Assembly (NCBI RefSeq): GCF_006345805.1
Contig: NW_021834681.1
Location: 1-51,641, forward strand
DNA: 51,641 bases
From: Octopus sinensis
Taxonomy: Eukaryota
Reading direction: 5' to 3'
The first letter of the stretch is position 1, and each line of letters starts with the position of its first letter. The position numbers and the translations under genes are program-made. Below are positions 1 through 13,800 of the stretch, piece after piece. The notes beneath the pieces were generated by a model that was given only the letters and a program-made list of their open reading frames with translations, did not search any database and was not told the origin of the DNA.

Positions 1-189
1 GCCACGACGACGATAACAACAACAACATCAACCACAGCAAGAAAAAACCCCCAAGGACTTTAGCAACAAAAGCTATAACAACTTTAAAAAAAACTGTAAA
101 AACGAGAACCCGAACAACGAGCGGCGTTGACAAAAATAGTAACAAGATCATCGCCATCAGTAATAAACGCTGTTTTTGTTGTTGTGTTG

Positions 190-254
190 TTTGTTCTTCT
201 TCTTCTTCTTCTTCCTCTTCTCTTCTTCTCTTCTTCTTCTTCTTCTTCTTCTTC

Positions 255-290
<36 letters not shown>

Positions 291-307
291 TTTTTATTAA
301 TTATTAT
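190..307. repeat. Compound (CTT)n/(TTA)n microsatellite flanking the 3' end of a Dong/R4 copy
   Basis: Directly visible trinucleotide runs. Confidence 0.95.
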
Positions 308-1690
308 TCTATGTTGACTCTTGCTCTATGTCTGTACAAGTTGGCTCCAAGTCCTCACCCGGAGACCTCAAGAGACCACAGGTTGGAAGTTCTGTGCCAT
401 ATATTTGGGTTTTTTTTTTTTTTGGTGTTGTACTAGTGAATGTCTAATACATAAAAATAAAAAATAAATAAAAAAATAAAAATAAAAAAAAATAATAAAA
501 AATAAAAATAAAAATAAGTAAAAAAAAGTTTGTTTTAAACCTTGGGATTACATAGCGAGTATTTTGCGTAGGATATGAGCAGTTCCCATGAGCACTATCT
601 TTTGAATTTCTGCCATTTTGGGGTTTTCTGGTATCTGAGTTAGGTAGCAATTAGTCCCTTTCGCTATCATTCCCAGACTGAAGACTAAAACAGGTATTGT
701 TTTAGTCTTCAGCTTCCACATTTTGCTGATTTCTATTTCAAGATCTTTATATTTGCTCAGTTTTTGGTAGGTCTTGACAGATACGTTTATATCGATTGGG
801 ACTGTCATATCAATGAGGAGGCATGTTCTTTGTCTGAAGTCTTTCAATATAATGTCTGGCCTATTTGCATCTATCTTCCTGTCAGTTTGAATGGTGAAGT
901 TCCAGAGGAGTGAGATGTGGTCATTTTCAAGCACTGGAGGTGATTGTGTTCCCACACAGTTTTTTTTTCATGGGGCAAATCCAGATTTTTGCAAATTACC
1001 CATTGAATATATTGTGGCAGCTCTATCATGCCTACTGAGGTACTCTGTAGGCGCTAGAAGACTGCACTTGGAGACAACAATGGTCAATGGTTTCATTTTG
1101 TTATCGGCATACACGACATGTTGGGCTACTGCCGTTCTTAATATGTTGGCCTGGTAGTTTCTTTGTTGGTAGGCATTGATCTTGAGCTGCTATGAATAAA
1201 CCCTTCTGTTTCAGATTTTAAGCTAGTGGCCATTAGCCATTGATGGGTCAGGGCTTTGTCGATATCTGCATTATTCGCTCTCTTTGGGGTATTTGCCATA
1301 GAGAGGTTTTTCTTTGCCATTTATTATTCAGAATATCTAAGGCCGCAGTTTTGACACGGGTTTTCATGCGCCTAGCTTTTTCTGTGCTTGTTTCTTGTAT
1401 ATCTATCTCTAATTCCGAATTGGTTGTATTCGGAATTCACTTAGATATCCTTTGCCTGTTTTTGCTACTGAGTATGATGCTTTCTTGTTTTCATGTTTTG
1501 AGACAAGTTTTAACATCCAGTCCTCAGAGTTTTTTAGTAGGTGGCTAGGCCAATTGTAGCAATCTTCATTGTTTATTGCCAGTTGCAAAAGACCACGGCC
1601 TCCCTCTTTTCTCTTGGCAGATAGAGTCGTTCTGTATCTGCCTTAGGATGGTGCATTCTATGCATTGTCACAAGTTTCCTTATTTTTTCT
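308..1690 (-). mobile_element. 5'-truncated, degraded R4/Dong-clade non-LTR retrotransposon (copy 1)
   Basis: ORF 548-955 has the RLE endonuclease signature (LLWNFTIQTDRKIDANRPDI...IDMTVP...KLSKYKDLEIEI). 1138-1320 has QWL..SLKSETEGF. 1621-1680 reads RKLVTMHRMHHPKADTERLY on the minus strand. (TTA)n on both sides. Confidence 0.92.
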
Positions 1691-1699
1691 TTATTATTA

Positions 1700-1731
<32 letters not shown>

Positions 1732-1780
1732 TATTATTATTATATTATATTAATTTTATTATTTATTATTATTTTTATTA

Positions 1781-1825
<45 letters not shown>

Positions 1826-1871
1826 TATTATTATTTATTATTTATTATTATTATTATTTTTATTATTATTA

Positions 1872-1906
<35 letters not shown>

Positions 1907-1927
1907 CATTATTATTATTTATTATTA
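1691..1927. repeat. (TTA)n microsatellite at the 5' junction of Dong copy 1
   Basis: Visible. Confidence 0.95.
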
Positions 1928-1994
1928 GTGCTATAAAGTTAACCATTCCATATTATCACAAGATAATTAACCATCAGACTGTCAAAGAGTCGTT

Positions 1995-1999
1995 CGTGC

Positions 2000-2034
<35 letters not shown>

Positions 2035-2089
2035 TGTGTATGCATATACATATATATATATATGTATATATACATATATATGTATATAC

Positions 2090-2125
<36 letters not shown>

Positions 2126-2172
2126 GTATGTATATAATGTGTATATATATATAGATGTATATGATGTGTATG

Positions 2173-2208
<36 letters not shown>

Positions 2209-2430
2209 ATGTGTGTGTGTGTGTGCGTATATCCACCCTATTAGCGTACTTTGATCTAAAACACATTGTGCCGCTTTAAATCTTTCTCCAGTGCTTCCAT
2301 CTTCGTTATAATCATCATCATCATCATCATCATTATCATCGTAGTCGTTGTCATCTTCGTCATCATCAAAATTGTCACCATCATCGTCACCATAGTCATC
2401 ATCATTGTCGTCGTCATCTTCATCATTGTC
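1995..2430. repeat. (TG)n/(TA)n/(ATC)n simple-repeat block
   Basis: Visible. Confidence 0.9.
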
Positions 2431-2864
2431 TTGTATTTTTTTCCTCTGCCCTGGGTTCCCACCCAACGCCAAACACCCAATGGTTCAAAAAACTTAAGGC
2501 ATTATACCAACAATCGACGAGCATTAATTGCTATTATTTATCTCTTCATTTATCGCTGCATTGGCTATTTTGTGTGTATGTGTGCGTGTGTGAGGTGATG
2601 TATCTTCAGCACTAGCATATGTGCCACCCGAGGCGGCCCTTCAGTTTACTGTCCCAGAAATCGTCGATCTGGGATTATCCATACTTGTTTTTACTAATTT
2701 AGTTGTTTCTTTATCTTTTCACCTGTGCTGTATGAATACTTGATGTGGTTTTAGTGTCAGGCTTTTCACTGCTATTTTTGGCATGGTGGTATCTCTTCTC
2801 CTTTTCAATAATCCTTAATTACAATTTACACATATATATAATATAATATATATATATATATATA

Positions 2865-2900
<36 letters not shown>

Positions 2901-2906
<6 letters not shown>

Positions 2907-3071
2907 ACGAAAAAAACAAAAGACGAAGACAGGTGGTGTAGAAAACAACAGATGTATTAGTATAACGCTCAGCAATTGAAAAAGTATTTTACGTTTCGAG
3001 CCTACGCTCTTCTACAGAAAAATAAACAGAAGAAAACAAGGAGAGAAAAAAATGTGTGTAGTAGCTAACTA
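2901..3071 (-). mobile_element. Penelope-type terminal repeat family E2 (~170 bp) with minimal hammerhead motif at 2984-3022
   Basis: Homologous to 37697-37874, 45056-45242 and 47950-48105. Minus strand reads CTGTAGA-A-GAGC-GTAG-GCTC-GAAACGTA-AAATA. The PLE assignment is inferred from known PLE-hammerhead association; no PLE ORF seen. Confidence 0.7.
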
Positions 3072-3459
3072 TATATATATGTTTCAAAAAGAAAATAGAA
3101 ACTAAACGTGGCAGAGCTATGGGGAAAGAAAGAAGAAAAAAAGCGAAAATGCACACTGAATATCAAAAATAATAATAGCTTTATTTAATGAAAAGTAACG
3201 ATAAATATATACAATTAGATGAACTGAGTTAGAATTAAGAGGAATAAAATCATTATTATGAATTGTTAAAGGGATTCAAAGTCATACCGGTATCGTCAAT
3301 TACTATTCACTGGCTTATATGTATATATATATATATATATCTATATATATATATATATATATATACATACACGTATTTGTGCACCGAAAACACCTAGAAG
3401 TTTGTTTACAAAAACAACTACGTACTAATATAGTTCCTAAATTTGACAGAAACTGGGAA

Positions 3460-3535
3460 GCTAATTCGCTGGTGTAATGTCAACACACTTAATCTCGTTA
3501 ACAACGGAATTTTGGTTCGAGTCCTGTGCAGTTTG
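3460..3535 (+). pseudogene. Degenerate tRNA-like sequence or SINE head
   Basis: A-box-like TGGTGTAATG and B-box GGTTCGAGTCC; no convincing cloverleaf. Confidence 0.3.
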
Positions 3536-3877
3536 AAAAGCCTACATTTTCTTCTGTCGAGGGCTTATATGCTCCATTCCTAGACTATTTTCCTTAGTCA
3601 TTGCACGGTGATCGCTTTGAGCTTATATAAATACCATTACTATTATTTAGAGGATTTTAAAACTCGGCAACGTATAACAAAACCATTCGCAACGATAATA
3701 TATATATATATATATCTTAAGGGCATTACTACACATAAATGCCTCACGCTATTAGGGGGGCTCCTAAAGTCAAAACTACCATAATGAATACAGTGTAACC
3801 GACCGAAGTTCTTTTCACACTGCCAACTTTATAATATCCTTATAAAGATTTTTTTCCATTTTATTAATATATATATA

Positions 3878-3970
<93 letters not shown>

Positions 3971-4329
3971 TTGTGTGTGTGTGTTTGTGTGTGTGTGTGT
4001 TGTGTGTAGTGTGTTTCATGTATTTACATGCCTCTATCTATCTATATGTATGTTAATGTTTGTTGTTATGTTCAGTTATAGTAAGAAGAATTTTACATTA
4101 ATCTTAAGGGTTACCCCATACTTTTGTAGACTAACCCCCAGTTCACAATTCCCAATCAAGAATATTAAAGACAGTGACTTCGAAATTTCGGTCAGTTAAA
4201 CCATCGTCAGACATATATAGATATATTTCTCTCTCTCTCTCTCTCTCTCTCCCTCTTTCCGCACACACAGACAGACGCACACGCACACACTGATACACAG
4301 ACACATACACATGTGTATGTATATAGTAC

Positions 4330-4580
4330 GTCATATCTCGAGTCTTACGACTGATTGGTTCGGTTACCTGGTGTTTCATGGATGGTGTATACCTGAGCGA
4401 CATTACAGCAATTCCCCTCAACGGGATGCCGGTTCGTTGCACAGTTGTTCATTTGCAGTGAATTGGACTGCAACAATTTGAAACAAAGTGTTTTGATCCT
4501 GAACACAACGCACCGCCCGGTCCAGGGATCAAAGCTATGATTTTACTAACGTGTGCGCGGCACTATAATCATTAGGTCAC
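4330..4580 (-). mobile_element. Degraded tRNA-derived SINE, family D
   Basis: GTGTTTTG...AACACAACGC...CCGGTCCAGGGATC motif shared with 33255-33338 and 36480-36610. Confidence 0.6.
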
Positions 4581-5034
4581 ACACACACACATTCATACGC
4601 TCACCCACAGATAGTATTTGGTTGTAAAATACGTGGCGGCTGGAATCATGATTTATATATAGTATTGAATCATTTGGTTTCGTGCACACATAAAGTTGTC
4701 CTTAAATTAACATGTTGTATATTTTAGAAATATTCCACAAAATTTAGAATATTATAAAACTACATCTAACAAAACACCGTATATATGCATTAATATACTA
4801 GCATTTAGCGGTTCTAACCTAACCCTAAATATCACACACACACACACACACACAAAAGAGAAGATAGCCGTCCATTAAATATTGATTTTAGCGAAACCTA
4901 ACATAAAACTCACATGGTTTACTCCACCATATTTATTCAATATAAGAGTCCAGATTAGAATAGTAATTTAAAATTTTATAAAATCACGCTCGTTTTCAAG
5001 CCACAGGCTTAATGTATTTTCAGTACAAACTTAC

Positions 5035-5094
5035 ATGATGCCGTCGAGAGGTAGGCCCCGAAACGGCGCGCATTCTCTCCTGATGACCCCATAC
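5035..5094 (+). ncRNA. Candidate non-circularly permuted hammerhead ribozyme motif
   Basis: GCCGTC (5040-5045) pairs with (GAA)ACGGC (5063-5067). GAGAGG (5046-5051) pairs with TCTCTC (5074-5079), immediately before CTGATGA (5080-5086). Stem II partner unresolved. Confidence 0.45.
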
Positions 5095-5329
5095 ACTTAC
5101 TAGCTTCCGATATACGGAGCTTTTAACTGGTAGCACTTGCATGTGCAAGTTGTTTGCAAGACATCTAAGTTATTTAACAAAGTCCAGTTTTAAAGTTCGA
5201 ATCATTGATCACTGAACAGCTATATTAGATTTTTGCTGATTTTAATGTTTTTTGAGTTAATATTTTTGGCGATTAACAAGCCGACATCTCTATAAACCCC
5301 ACATTTGACAAATGGAGATTTATTGTATG

Positions 5330-5670
5330 CTAGCAGTATATCCCGGCGTTGCTCGGGTTTGTTTTCTTTTCGACCCTTTAGAATAGAAATTTTCGAAAAG
5401 TAAAAATTGTGCATTATGTAGCTTGTTATTCTCTTTAAGTGAACATTTTTCTGGTTGAAATTCATCGAAAAATGGCGACACTGCAGTCAAAAAATCGTAA
5501 AAATTAGGGATTTTCATAGAACAAAAGTACCTTCCAATTTGAATTTTTTATTCTACGGAATGAAGAGCAAGCCTTCTTCTATCATACTTTGAATTTTGGT
5601 CGACTTGCGCCGCAGGGTCTCGGGGGAGATAGTGTTAGTTGAAGGCTACCAAACCTGCAACACACTCACA
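5330..5670 (-). mobile_element. Non-autonomous Helitron-like element, 3' part (second family)
   Basis: Minus strand ends CCCGAGCAACGCCGGG hairpin + ATATACTG + CTAG (5330-5333); interrupted on the right by a SINE at 5671. Confidence 0.6.
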
Positions 5671-5788
5671 GAGTCGATTAAATAAGTACCAGTTACGCAC
5701 TGGGCTCGAGATAATTGACTTAATCCGTGTGTCTGTCCTTGTTTGTCCTCTTTGTGTTTAGCCCCTTGTGGGTAGTAAAGAAATAGGT
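5671..5788 (+). mobile_element. SINE family A, 3' half (tail A1)
   Basis: Matches 3' half of 9204-9440. Confidence 0.85.
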
Positions 5789-6061
5789 GTGACTCGAGGC
5801 TTGTCTCCCTTTCCTTCTTGACAAGAATTATCATTAAAACTTGGTAAATGTTTTTCTTCATTACGACTGAAATATAAATGAATTAACAATTTTGTTGCTC
5901 ATTGAATTAAGCCTATTAGTCTCACTTAACTACATGTCCACCAGCAGAAGGTAACCCTGGAAAATATTCGCATGTGTGCGTGTACATGTATGTATGTGTG
6001 TGGGTGCGTGTGTATGTGTTTTTGTGAATGTGTGTATGTATCCATGCATGTACGCTTGTAT

Positions 6062-6105
<44 letters not shown>

Positions 6106-6209
6106 GTGTGTGTGTGTACCAGTTTCCGAATTTTCTGACATGTTTATTGCTTGTTTTATGATTCGCTGTTTTATTATTTTGCACCCTCAGATCTCCTGGC
6201 TTTCCTCAG

Positions 6210-6913
6210 CGTCTTGCCACCACCACCACCATCACCATCACTATCAGCACCACTACCACTATCACCACCACCACCACCACCACCATTACCAACACCATCT
6301 GGGACACCATCCCTACCAGCATCAGCAGTACCACCATCACCATCAGCGCTACCACTATCTCAGCGCCACCACCATCACCACCACCTCCACTACCACCACC
6401 ACTACCACCACCTCCACTACCACCACCTCCACCACTACTTCCACCATCTTACCACCACCACCACATCACCAGCACTAGCACCATCAGGACCTGCACCAGT
6501 ACCACCACCACCAGCACCAGTACCACTACCTCCACCACCATCACCACCAGTACCACCACCACCACCACCACCACCACCACCACTACCACCATCACCAGTA
6601 CTACCACGATAACACCACTACTGCCATCACCATAGCCATCACCACTAAACATCTTCAACACCAGCAACAGGAACTACCACCCCACCAAAACCACCACCAG
6701 CACCACTACCACCGCCACCACCACTTCGACCCAACACAACGGTTTTAAGTACCATCACGACTATCACTACCAGTAAACATTGCCACCATCACCACTACCA
6801 ACAACATCATCACCATCATCATCATTACCAACATTAACATCGTCATCGCAATTACCATTGTCGTAGCCACCATCAATCATCGTCCTCGTCGTCATCATCG
6901 TCGTCTTCATCAA

Positions 6914-6945
<32 letters not shown>

Positions 6946-6953
6946 ACTTCAAC

Positions 6954-6992
<39 letters not shown>

Positions 6993-7335
6993 GTCATCGT
7001 CGTCATCTTCATCTCCATCATGCTCATAGTCACAATCATTGGTGATGTTCGTATCGATGGTATTGGCAGTGGTGATGGGGGATGTGGTATGGTCAATGGT
7101 GGTGGTGGTGCTGGTGTTAGCGGCGGAAATAGAAATTGTGGTGATGGGGCTGCTGGTGACAGTGGTTGTGTTGTTGTTGTTGTTGTTTTGGAGGTGTTAC
7201 AATTGGTAGAGCTGGTGTTGGTGGTGACACTGGGGGTATTTATTAGTGGCGGGTGGTAGGGGTGGTGGTGGGTGGTGGCGATGGATGTTGTTGTTTCGGT
7301 TCATGTCGTTGATGGTGGTGGTGGTGGTTGTGGTG
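6210..7335. repeat. Low-complexity (CCA)n/(CAT)n/(GGT)n block
   Basis: Visible; source of the His/Pro/Thr/Met-rich pseudo-ORFs. Confidence 0.9.
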
Positions 7336-7409
7336 GCGGCGGAGGAGTTAATAGAAATCAGATGTTAAAGTGAAAGGTGCTTAGGTGTAGGTTTCAGTTA
7401 TATTCTGAT

Positions 7410-7760
7410 GGGTGAGAGAGAGAGAGTAAGGAGAGAAAGAGAGAGGGAGAGAGAGAGGGCAGGGGAGAGGCAGAGAGTGGAAGAAAAGAGAGGCAAAAAG
7501 AAAAAGAGGGAAGAAGAGAGAGAAAGAATGAGTGGAAGTAGGAAATAGGGAGAGAGGAGAGAGGGAGAGTGGAAGAATGAGAAGGACGAGGAGAGGGAGG
7601 AAAAGAAAAGAAGTGAACGAGAGTGAGAGAGAGAGAGAGGGAAAGGAGAGAGGCAGAGAGAGAAGAAGAAAAGAGGCAAAAAGAAAGAAAGAGAGGGAAG
7701 AAGAGAGGGAGATAAATTTAAGGAAGAGAAAGAGAGAGAGAGGGGAGAAAGAAAGAGGGC
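7410..7760. repeat. GA-rich polypurine tract
   Basis: Visible. Confidence 0.9.
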
Positions 7761-8182
7761 TGTGTACTATGTATCTTATTGGCAGGAGGCGGCGTAGTAT
7801 ATTGGTGGTGTTGGTGGATTACCTGCCTCTCCTGTCGTATGAGTGACCATTGCAGGATGAGAGGGCGATTTGTTCTTTACTTTGATCACCGCATTTGATT
7901 GATATTTCATTTTACCTACCCCGAAAGTGGCTCAAACTGCTAGAAAAACAAGCTAATCCACCATCTTAATCTCAGCCCGCTCTTTTTGAAAAGAGACACA
8001 ATGGATGATGTTTTCATAAAAATAAGTTTGGAGGGTCACGGTTGAAAAGCCTTTGATTGTAGGTTTGCTTAATCAAAGTTATTCTGTGTTCACCAACAAC
8101 GGCAACAGTAACAGCAGCGATAACACCGAGAACATGATCAGCATCCTGGAAAGTAATGTGAGACTCTATAAACGGACGTAGG

Positions 8183-8352
8183 ATCTGCTAGAAATAACAG
8201 CTAGATCTACTATAAAAATCACTGTGTTCTAACTTAAATTGAAAGGGCAAAGTAGACCACGGCGGGATTTGAACCCAAAGCGGAAACAACCGGCAGAAAT
8301 GCTGCTTAGCATTTTGTTCAACGTGCTAACAATTCTGCCAGTTCACTGTCTT
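8183..8352 (-). mobile_element. Degraded SINE family A (tail variant containing CTGCTAGAAATA)
   Basis: Head TGGCAGAATTGTTAGCACG and B-box GGTTCAAATCCCGCC on the minus strand. Confidence 0.7.
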
Positions 8353-8497
8353 TCTGTGAATAATATAGCAGAAGGAAAATATCAACCAGTCACAAAATTT
8401 CGAAACAGCTGTAAAGACTAATCATGAATTATTTTCTTAATTTTATTTTCGCTAATGAACATCTTTATATCTATTTTGAAGGGCAATGTCTTTTTCA

Positions 8498-8925
8498 ACT
8501 TTTACTTGTTTCAGCCATTGGATTGAATCCCTCCTGGGACACCTCTTTTGAAGTGGTTTAATCGAGCAAGTTGACCCAAGTACTTATGGTTTATTTTTTG
8601 AAGTAAGGTGCATATTCATTCGGTCTGTTTTACCGAACCGCTAGCTTATTAGACTTGAACGAACCATCACTGGTTGTTAAGCGATCGTTGCAACAAACAC
8701 ACACACACACACACATACCAACAGACTCCCCCCTTCTCTTTCTTCCCCCCTCCCTCTCTCTCACGCACACACACACGTACACGTATGGGCTTCTACACAG
8801 CCTCCGTCTAACAAATTCCCTCGCAAGGCATCGGTCGGCCCGGGGCTGTTGTAGCAGAGACTTACCCAAGGTGCCGCACAGTGGGACTGAACCTGAAACT
8901 ACGCGGTTGCGAAGTGAGATTCTTC
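8498..8925 (-). mobile_element. SINE family C (tRNA head, CORE-like CCTTGGG motif, internal (CA)n)
   Basis: Collinear with the full copy at 28173-28560. Confidence 0.8.
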
Positions 8926-9094
8926 CTTCGTAATTGTATTTAAGTTTATGTAAATAATATTTATGCAACTTATGTTTATTGCTGTCATATATGATAGTTC
9001 GTCTACACACACTGACACACAGACATTCTTTGCTTTGTTCTCTGCTGTCCATATTGACTTCCTTAATGGAAACCCTTGTGTTTAATAAAGAAAC

Positions 9095-9099
9095 CATTA

Positions 9100-9167
<68 letters not shown>

Positions 9168-9203
9168 GTTATTATTATTATTATTATTAATAATACTATT
9201 ATA
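9095..9203. repeat. (TTA)n microsatellite
   Basis: Visible. Confidence 0.95.
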
Positions 9204-9440
9204 AGGCGGTGAGCTAGCAGAATAGTTAGCACGCCGGACGAAGTGCTTAGCGGTATTTCGTCTGCCGTTACGTTCTGAGTTCAAATTCTGCCGAGGTCGG
9301 CTTTGCTTTTCATCCTTTCGGGGTCGATAAATTAAGTACCAATCACGCACTGGGGTCGATATAATTGACTTAATCTGTCTTTCTGTCCTTGCTTGTCACC
9401 TCTGTGTTTAGCCCCTTGTGGGTAGTAAAGAAATAGGTAT
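9204..9440 (+). mobile_element. Full-length SINE family A, tail A1
   Basis: tRNA-like head with B-box GAGTTCAAATTC, central GCTTTTCATCCTTTCGGGGTCGATAAATTAAGTACC (resembles the MetaSINE domain from memory; unverified), tail CCCCTTGTGGGTAGTAAAGAAAT. Confidence 0.88.
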
Positions 9441-9446
9441 TTTGTC

Positions 9447-9508
9447 TTCCAATCAATCAGTTAAGATCAGAAGCCATGAGAGCCACTGCCTGGTACTGCA
9501 TCAGGGCA
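9447..9508 (-). mobile_element. Terminal fragment of the unclassified (TAA)n-associated element
   Basis: Shares CTTCCAATC..AGTTAAGAT with 15465-15483 and abuts (TTA)n. Confidence 0.5.
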
Positions 9509-9580
9509 TTTATTATTATTATTATATTATTATTATTATTATTATTATTATATTATTATTATTATAATTATTATTATTAT

Positions 9581-10367
<787 letters not shown>

Positions 10368-10393
10368 ATTATTATTATTATTTTTATTATTAT

Positions 10394-10703
10394 TTAATGT
10401 TTGACTTTTGCTTTACATTTGTACAAGTTGGCTCCAAGTCCCACCCAGAGACTTCAAGAGACAACAAGTTAGATGTTCATGTTGGTGTTATGCCTAGGAT
10501 GCCATATATTTGGTTTTTGTACATAGTGTTGTTCTAGAGAATGTTTAAAAAACCATAGGAAAATTATGTTTGTTTAAAAATTTGAGATTACATAGAAAGT
10601 ATTTTGCGTAGGATATGGGCAGGTCCCATGAGCACTATCTTTTGAATTTCTGCCATTTTGGAGTTTTCTGGTATCTGAGCTAGGTAGCAATCAGCCCCTT
10701 TTG
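10394..10703 (-). mobile_element. 3'-terminal fragment of R4/Dong, same subfamily as copy 1 (copy 3)
   Basis: Closely similar to ~310-663 including the 3' UTR. Confidence 0.88.
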
Positions 10704-10729
10704 ATTATTATCATTATCATCATCATTAC

Positions 10730-10806
<77 letters not shown>

Positions 10807-10819
10807 TATCATCATCATC

Positions 10820-10893
<74 letters not shown>

Positions 10894-10897
<4 letters not shown>

Positions 10898-13800
10898 TAG
10901 TTTTATTTTTATAGCGTGCTTTCACTTCACTACCGAGCACAGCTCTGTGTGCCTTGGGTATGTGCTGTGATTTGTTGTGATGCTCTGATGGTTATTGTAT
11001 GGAAAGTGTTCTGCGTAGGATGTGTGCAGTGCCTAGTAGTGCAATTTTCTGTATGTTATATGTGTTTGTAAGTCCTGGTGTTTTTGTTATGTATTTGTCT
11101 GAATATTTTTTTATCATGCCTAATGCACCTACTATGATAGGAATTGTTTCTGTTTTCAGATTCCACATTCTAGTTACCTCTATTTCCAGGTCTTTGTATT
11201 TTGAGAGTTTCTCCATTTCTTTTAGAGACACGTTGTCATCAGCCGGTATTGATACATCAATTAGAAAGCATTTTTTTTCTTCATGATCTCTGACAACTAT
11301 ATCTGGTCTGTTGGCCTTAATTTCTCTATCTGTGTGTATCGGCATATCCCAGAGTATGGTTGCTTTCTCGTTTTCTGTGACCTTTTCTGGTGTGTGCCTA
11401 TACCATCTTTTTTCTGTTGTTATTCCATAATGTTGGCATAGCTTCCAATGTATGTAGGTTCCAGCTCTGTCATGTCTGTGAATATATTCCTTCTTAGCCA
11501 GTACTGGGCAGCTAGAGATAATATGATTTATTGTTTCTTGTCCATCTCCACATATTCTGTAGTTACTTGTAATATTTCTTTTCATTACATGTTTTTGGTA
11601 ATTTCTGTGGGGGAGGCTTTGGTCTTGTGCTGCAATTAAAAAACCCTCTGTTTCTGCTTTGAGTCCTGAGCTTCTCAACCATTGCTGGATTTTTTCTTTG
11701 TCTATTTCTTTTGCGTTTAGTTTAGTCCAGTATTTACCATGAAGGGGCTTTTCTTGCCATCGTTTTATCATGGTTCGTTGCTGTTCTATTTTTAGTTTGG
11801 ATTTCATTTGTTTTTTATAGCTTTTGTTGTTTCTTCTTCATCTTCTTCTTCTTCTTCTTTCATGTTTATGTGGTATGATTTCTTGTTTGTATTTGTCAGC
11901 TTCCTTAAATACTGAGAACAGTTTTTTGTTTTGCTCGTGTTTTTGCCGCTATCTGGATCAGTTTTCCTTCCTTCTGAAGTAGATATTTTGCAGTCCTATG
12001 GTGGTTATTTTATAGTAGTTTTCCAGCTGTATAAGGCCTCTACCACCTTCTATACGTTGTATATATAGTCTTTCTATGTCAGATTTTGGGTGATGCATCC
12101 TAGATCCTGTCATTATTTTTCTTGTTTTCCTATCTATTTTGGTCAGTTCATTTCGTGTCCAGTTAAGGATATTGTAGCTGTAACTTATAACTGGGACAGC
12201 TAAAGTGTTGATACCTATTATCTTGTTTTTAGCATTGAGCTCTGTGTTTAGTATTGATCTAACTCGTCTATAATATTCTTTTTTTATTTTCTCTTTCATT
12301 TGTGTGTGTTGTGTCTTATCTAGTTCATGGATTCCTAAGTATTTGTAAGTTTGGCTTTGGTCTAATTCTTTTATTTCATTGGTTTTATCTAGTGTGATGT
12401 TGTTACTCTTAACTAGTTTTCCTCTTTTCATGGTTACTTTGGCGCATTTTTCTAATCCAAATTTCATATCTATTTCTTGGTAATCCATGAACTGTCTTTA
12501 ATAGTGTTTCCAGCTGTTTGTCATTTGCAGCGTATAGTTTTAGGTCATCCATATATAAAAGGTGGCTGATCGTTTTGCCGTAACATTTATATCCGCATCC
12601 AGTTCTATTTAGCATATCAGATAGAGGTGACAGTGCCAAGCAGAAAGGAGTGGAGAGAGCGTGTCTCCCTGGAATATCCTCTTCTAATGGGAATGTCTTT
12701 GGTTTTCATGAGTCCCTCTTTTGTTTGGAGGTGTAGGACTGTTTGCCATTTATTCATAGAGTGCTCTATGAGTTTTATGATTGTTGGTGCTACTTTGTTA
12801 ATGGCTAGTGTTTCGAGGATCCATGTGTGGGGGATGCTATCAAACGCCTTTTTGTAGTCAATCCAGGCCATACTGAGGCCTTTCTTCTTTCTTTGGTGGC
12901 TGTCTTCAGTTATGGCTTTATTAATCATTAGTTGATCTTTACAGCCATATGAGCCTTTGCGGCATCCTTTCTGCTCTTCTGGGAACAGTTTGTTTTCGTC
13001 CAGGTGCTTGTTCAGCCTTTGTGATATCACTGCAGTAAATGCCTTGAACATAGTAGGGAGGCAGGTTATTGGTCTGTAGTTTTCTGGTTTTTCTGTTTCA
13101 TTTGATTTGGGAATTAAGATGGTTTTCCCCTTCGTGAGCCATTCAGGCATTGTCTCTGGCTCTGCTAGTATGCTTTGTTAAAGTTTCAGCCAGCTTTTTG
13201 TGCATTCCTGTTAGATATTTCAACCAGAAGTTGGGGATCTTGTCATGCCCAGGTGCCTTCCAGTTGCTTATTCTTTGCAGTGCCTGGGTGACCTCTTCAG
13301 TTGTTATGGGGGTCCAAAGTTGTTCAGATGCCGAGTTTGTTATTTTCTGATACTCCTTTTTTTTGGTGGTTCGTTCGCCGACCATATTTCTCCCCAGAAT
13401 CTTCAATTCTTCTTCTGCCGTTGGTGCTGCAGTGACTTCTATTTTATTTTCCCAGTTCTTGGTAGAACTTTTTGGGGTTAGAGTTGAACTTTTTGTTTTG
13501 TTCAAAGAAGCGTTGGCGTTTCTTGTACCGGCGGATCCTTTGTGCTTTGGCAAGGATATCTTGCTTCAGCTTTTCTTTTTTCAGGCAATCTTTCTCTGTG
13601 ATGTTATATTTGCGGAGTATTTTTGTTCTCTTTTTGTTGCTCAGTAGCGTTGATTGTTTGCTGATTTCATTAAGAATCGACAGGTCTTTTCTAATTTTTT
13701 TTATTTTGCTTTGGATGTTATTTATCCACAGGGTTTGTTTGGGTGGTGGTACTCCTGTTTGGGCGGGTTTGGGTGAGTATCCAGCTTCTTTTGTGGCTGC

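Noticed and set aside
4812-4830. CTAACCTAACCCTAA as an interstitial telomere
   Set aside because: Only about two imperfect units
5972-6612. His-rich and Pro-rich (extensin/formin-like) ORFs
   Set aside because: (CCA)n/(CAT)n microsatellite open in several frames at once, with no splice or domain context
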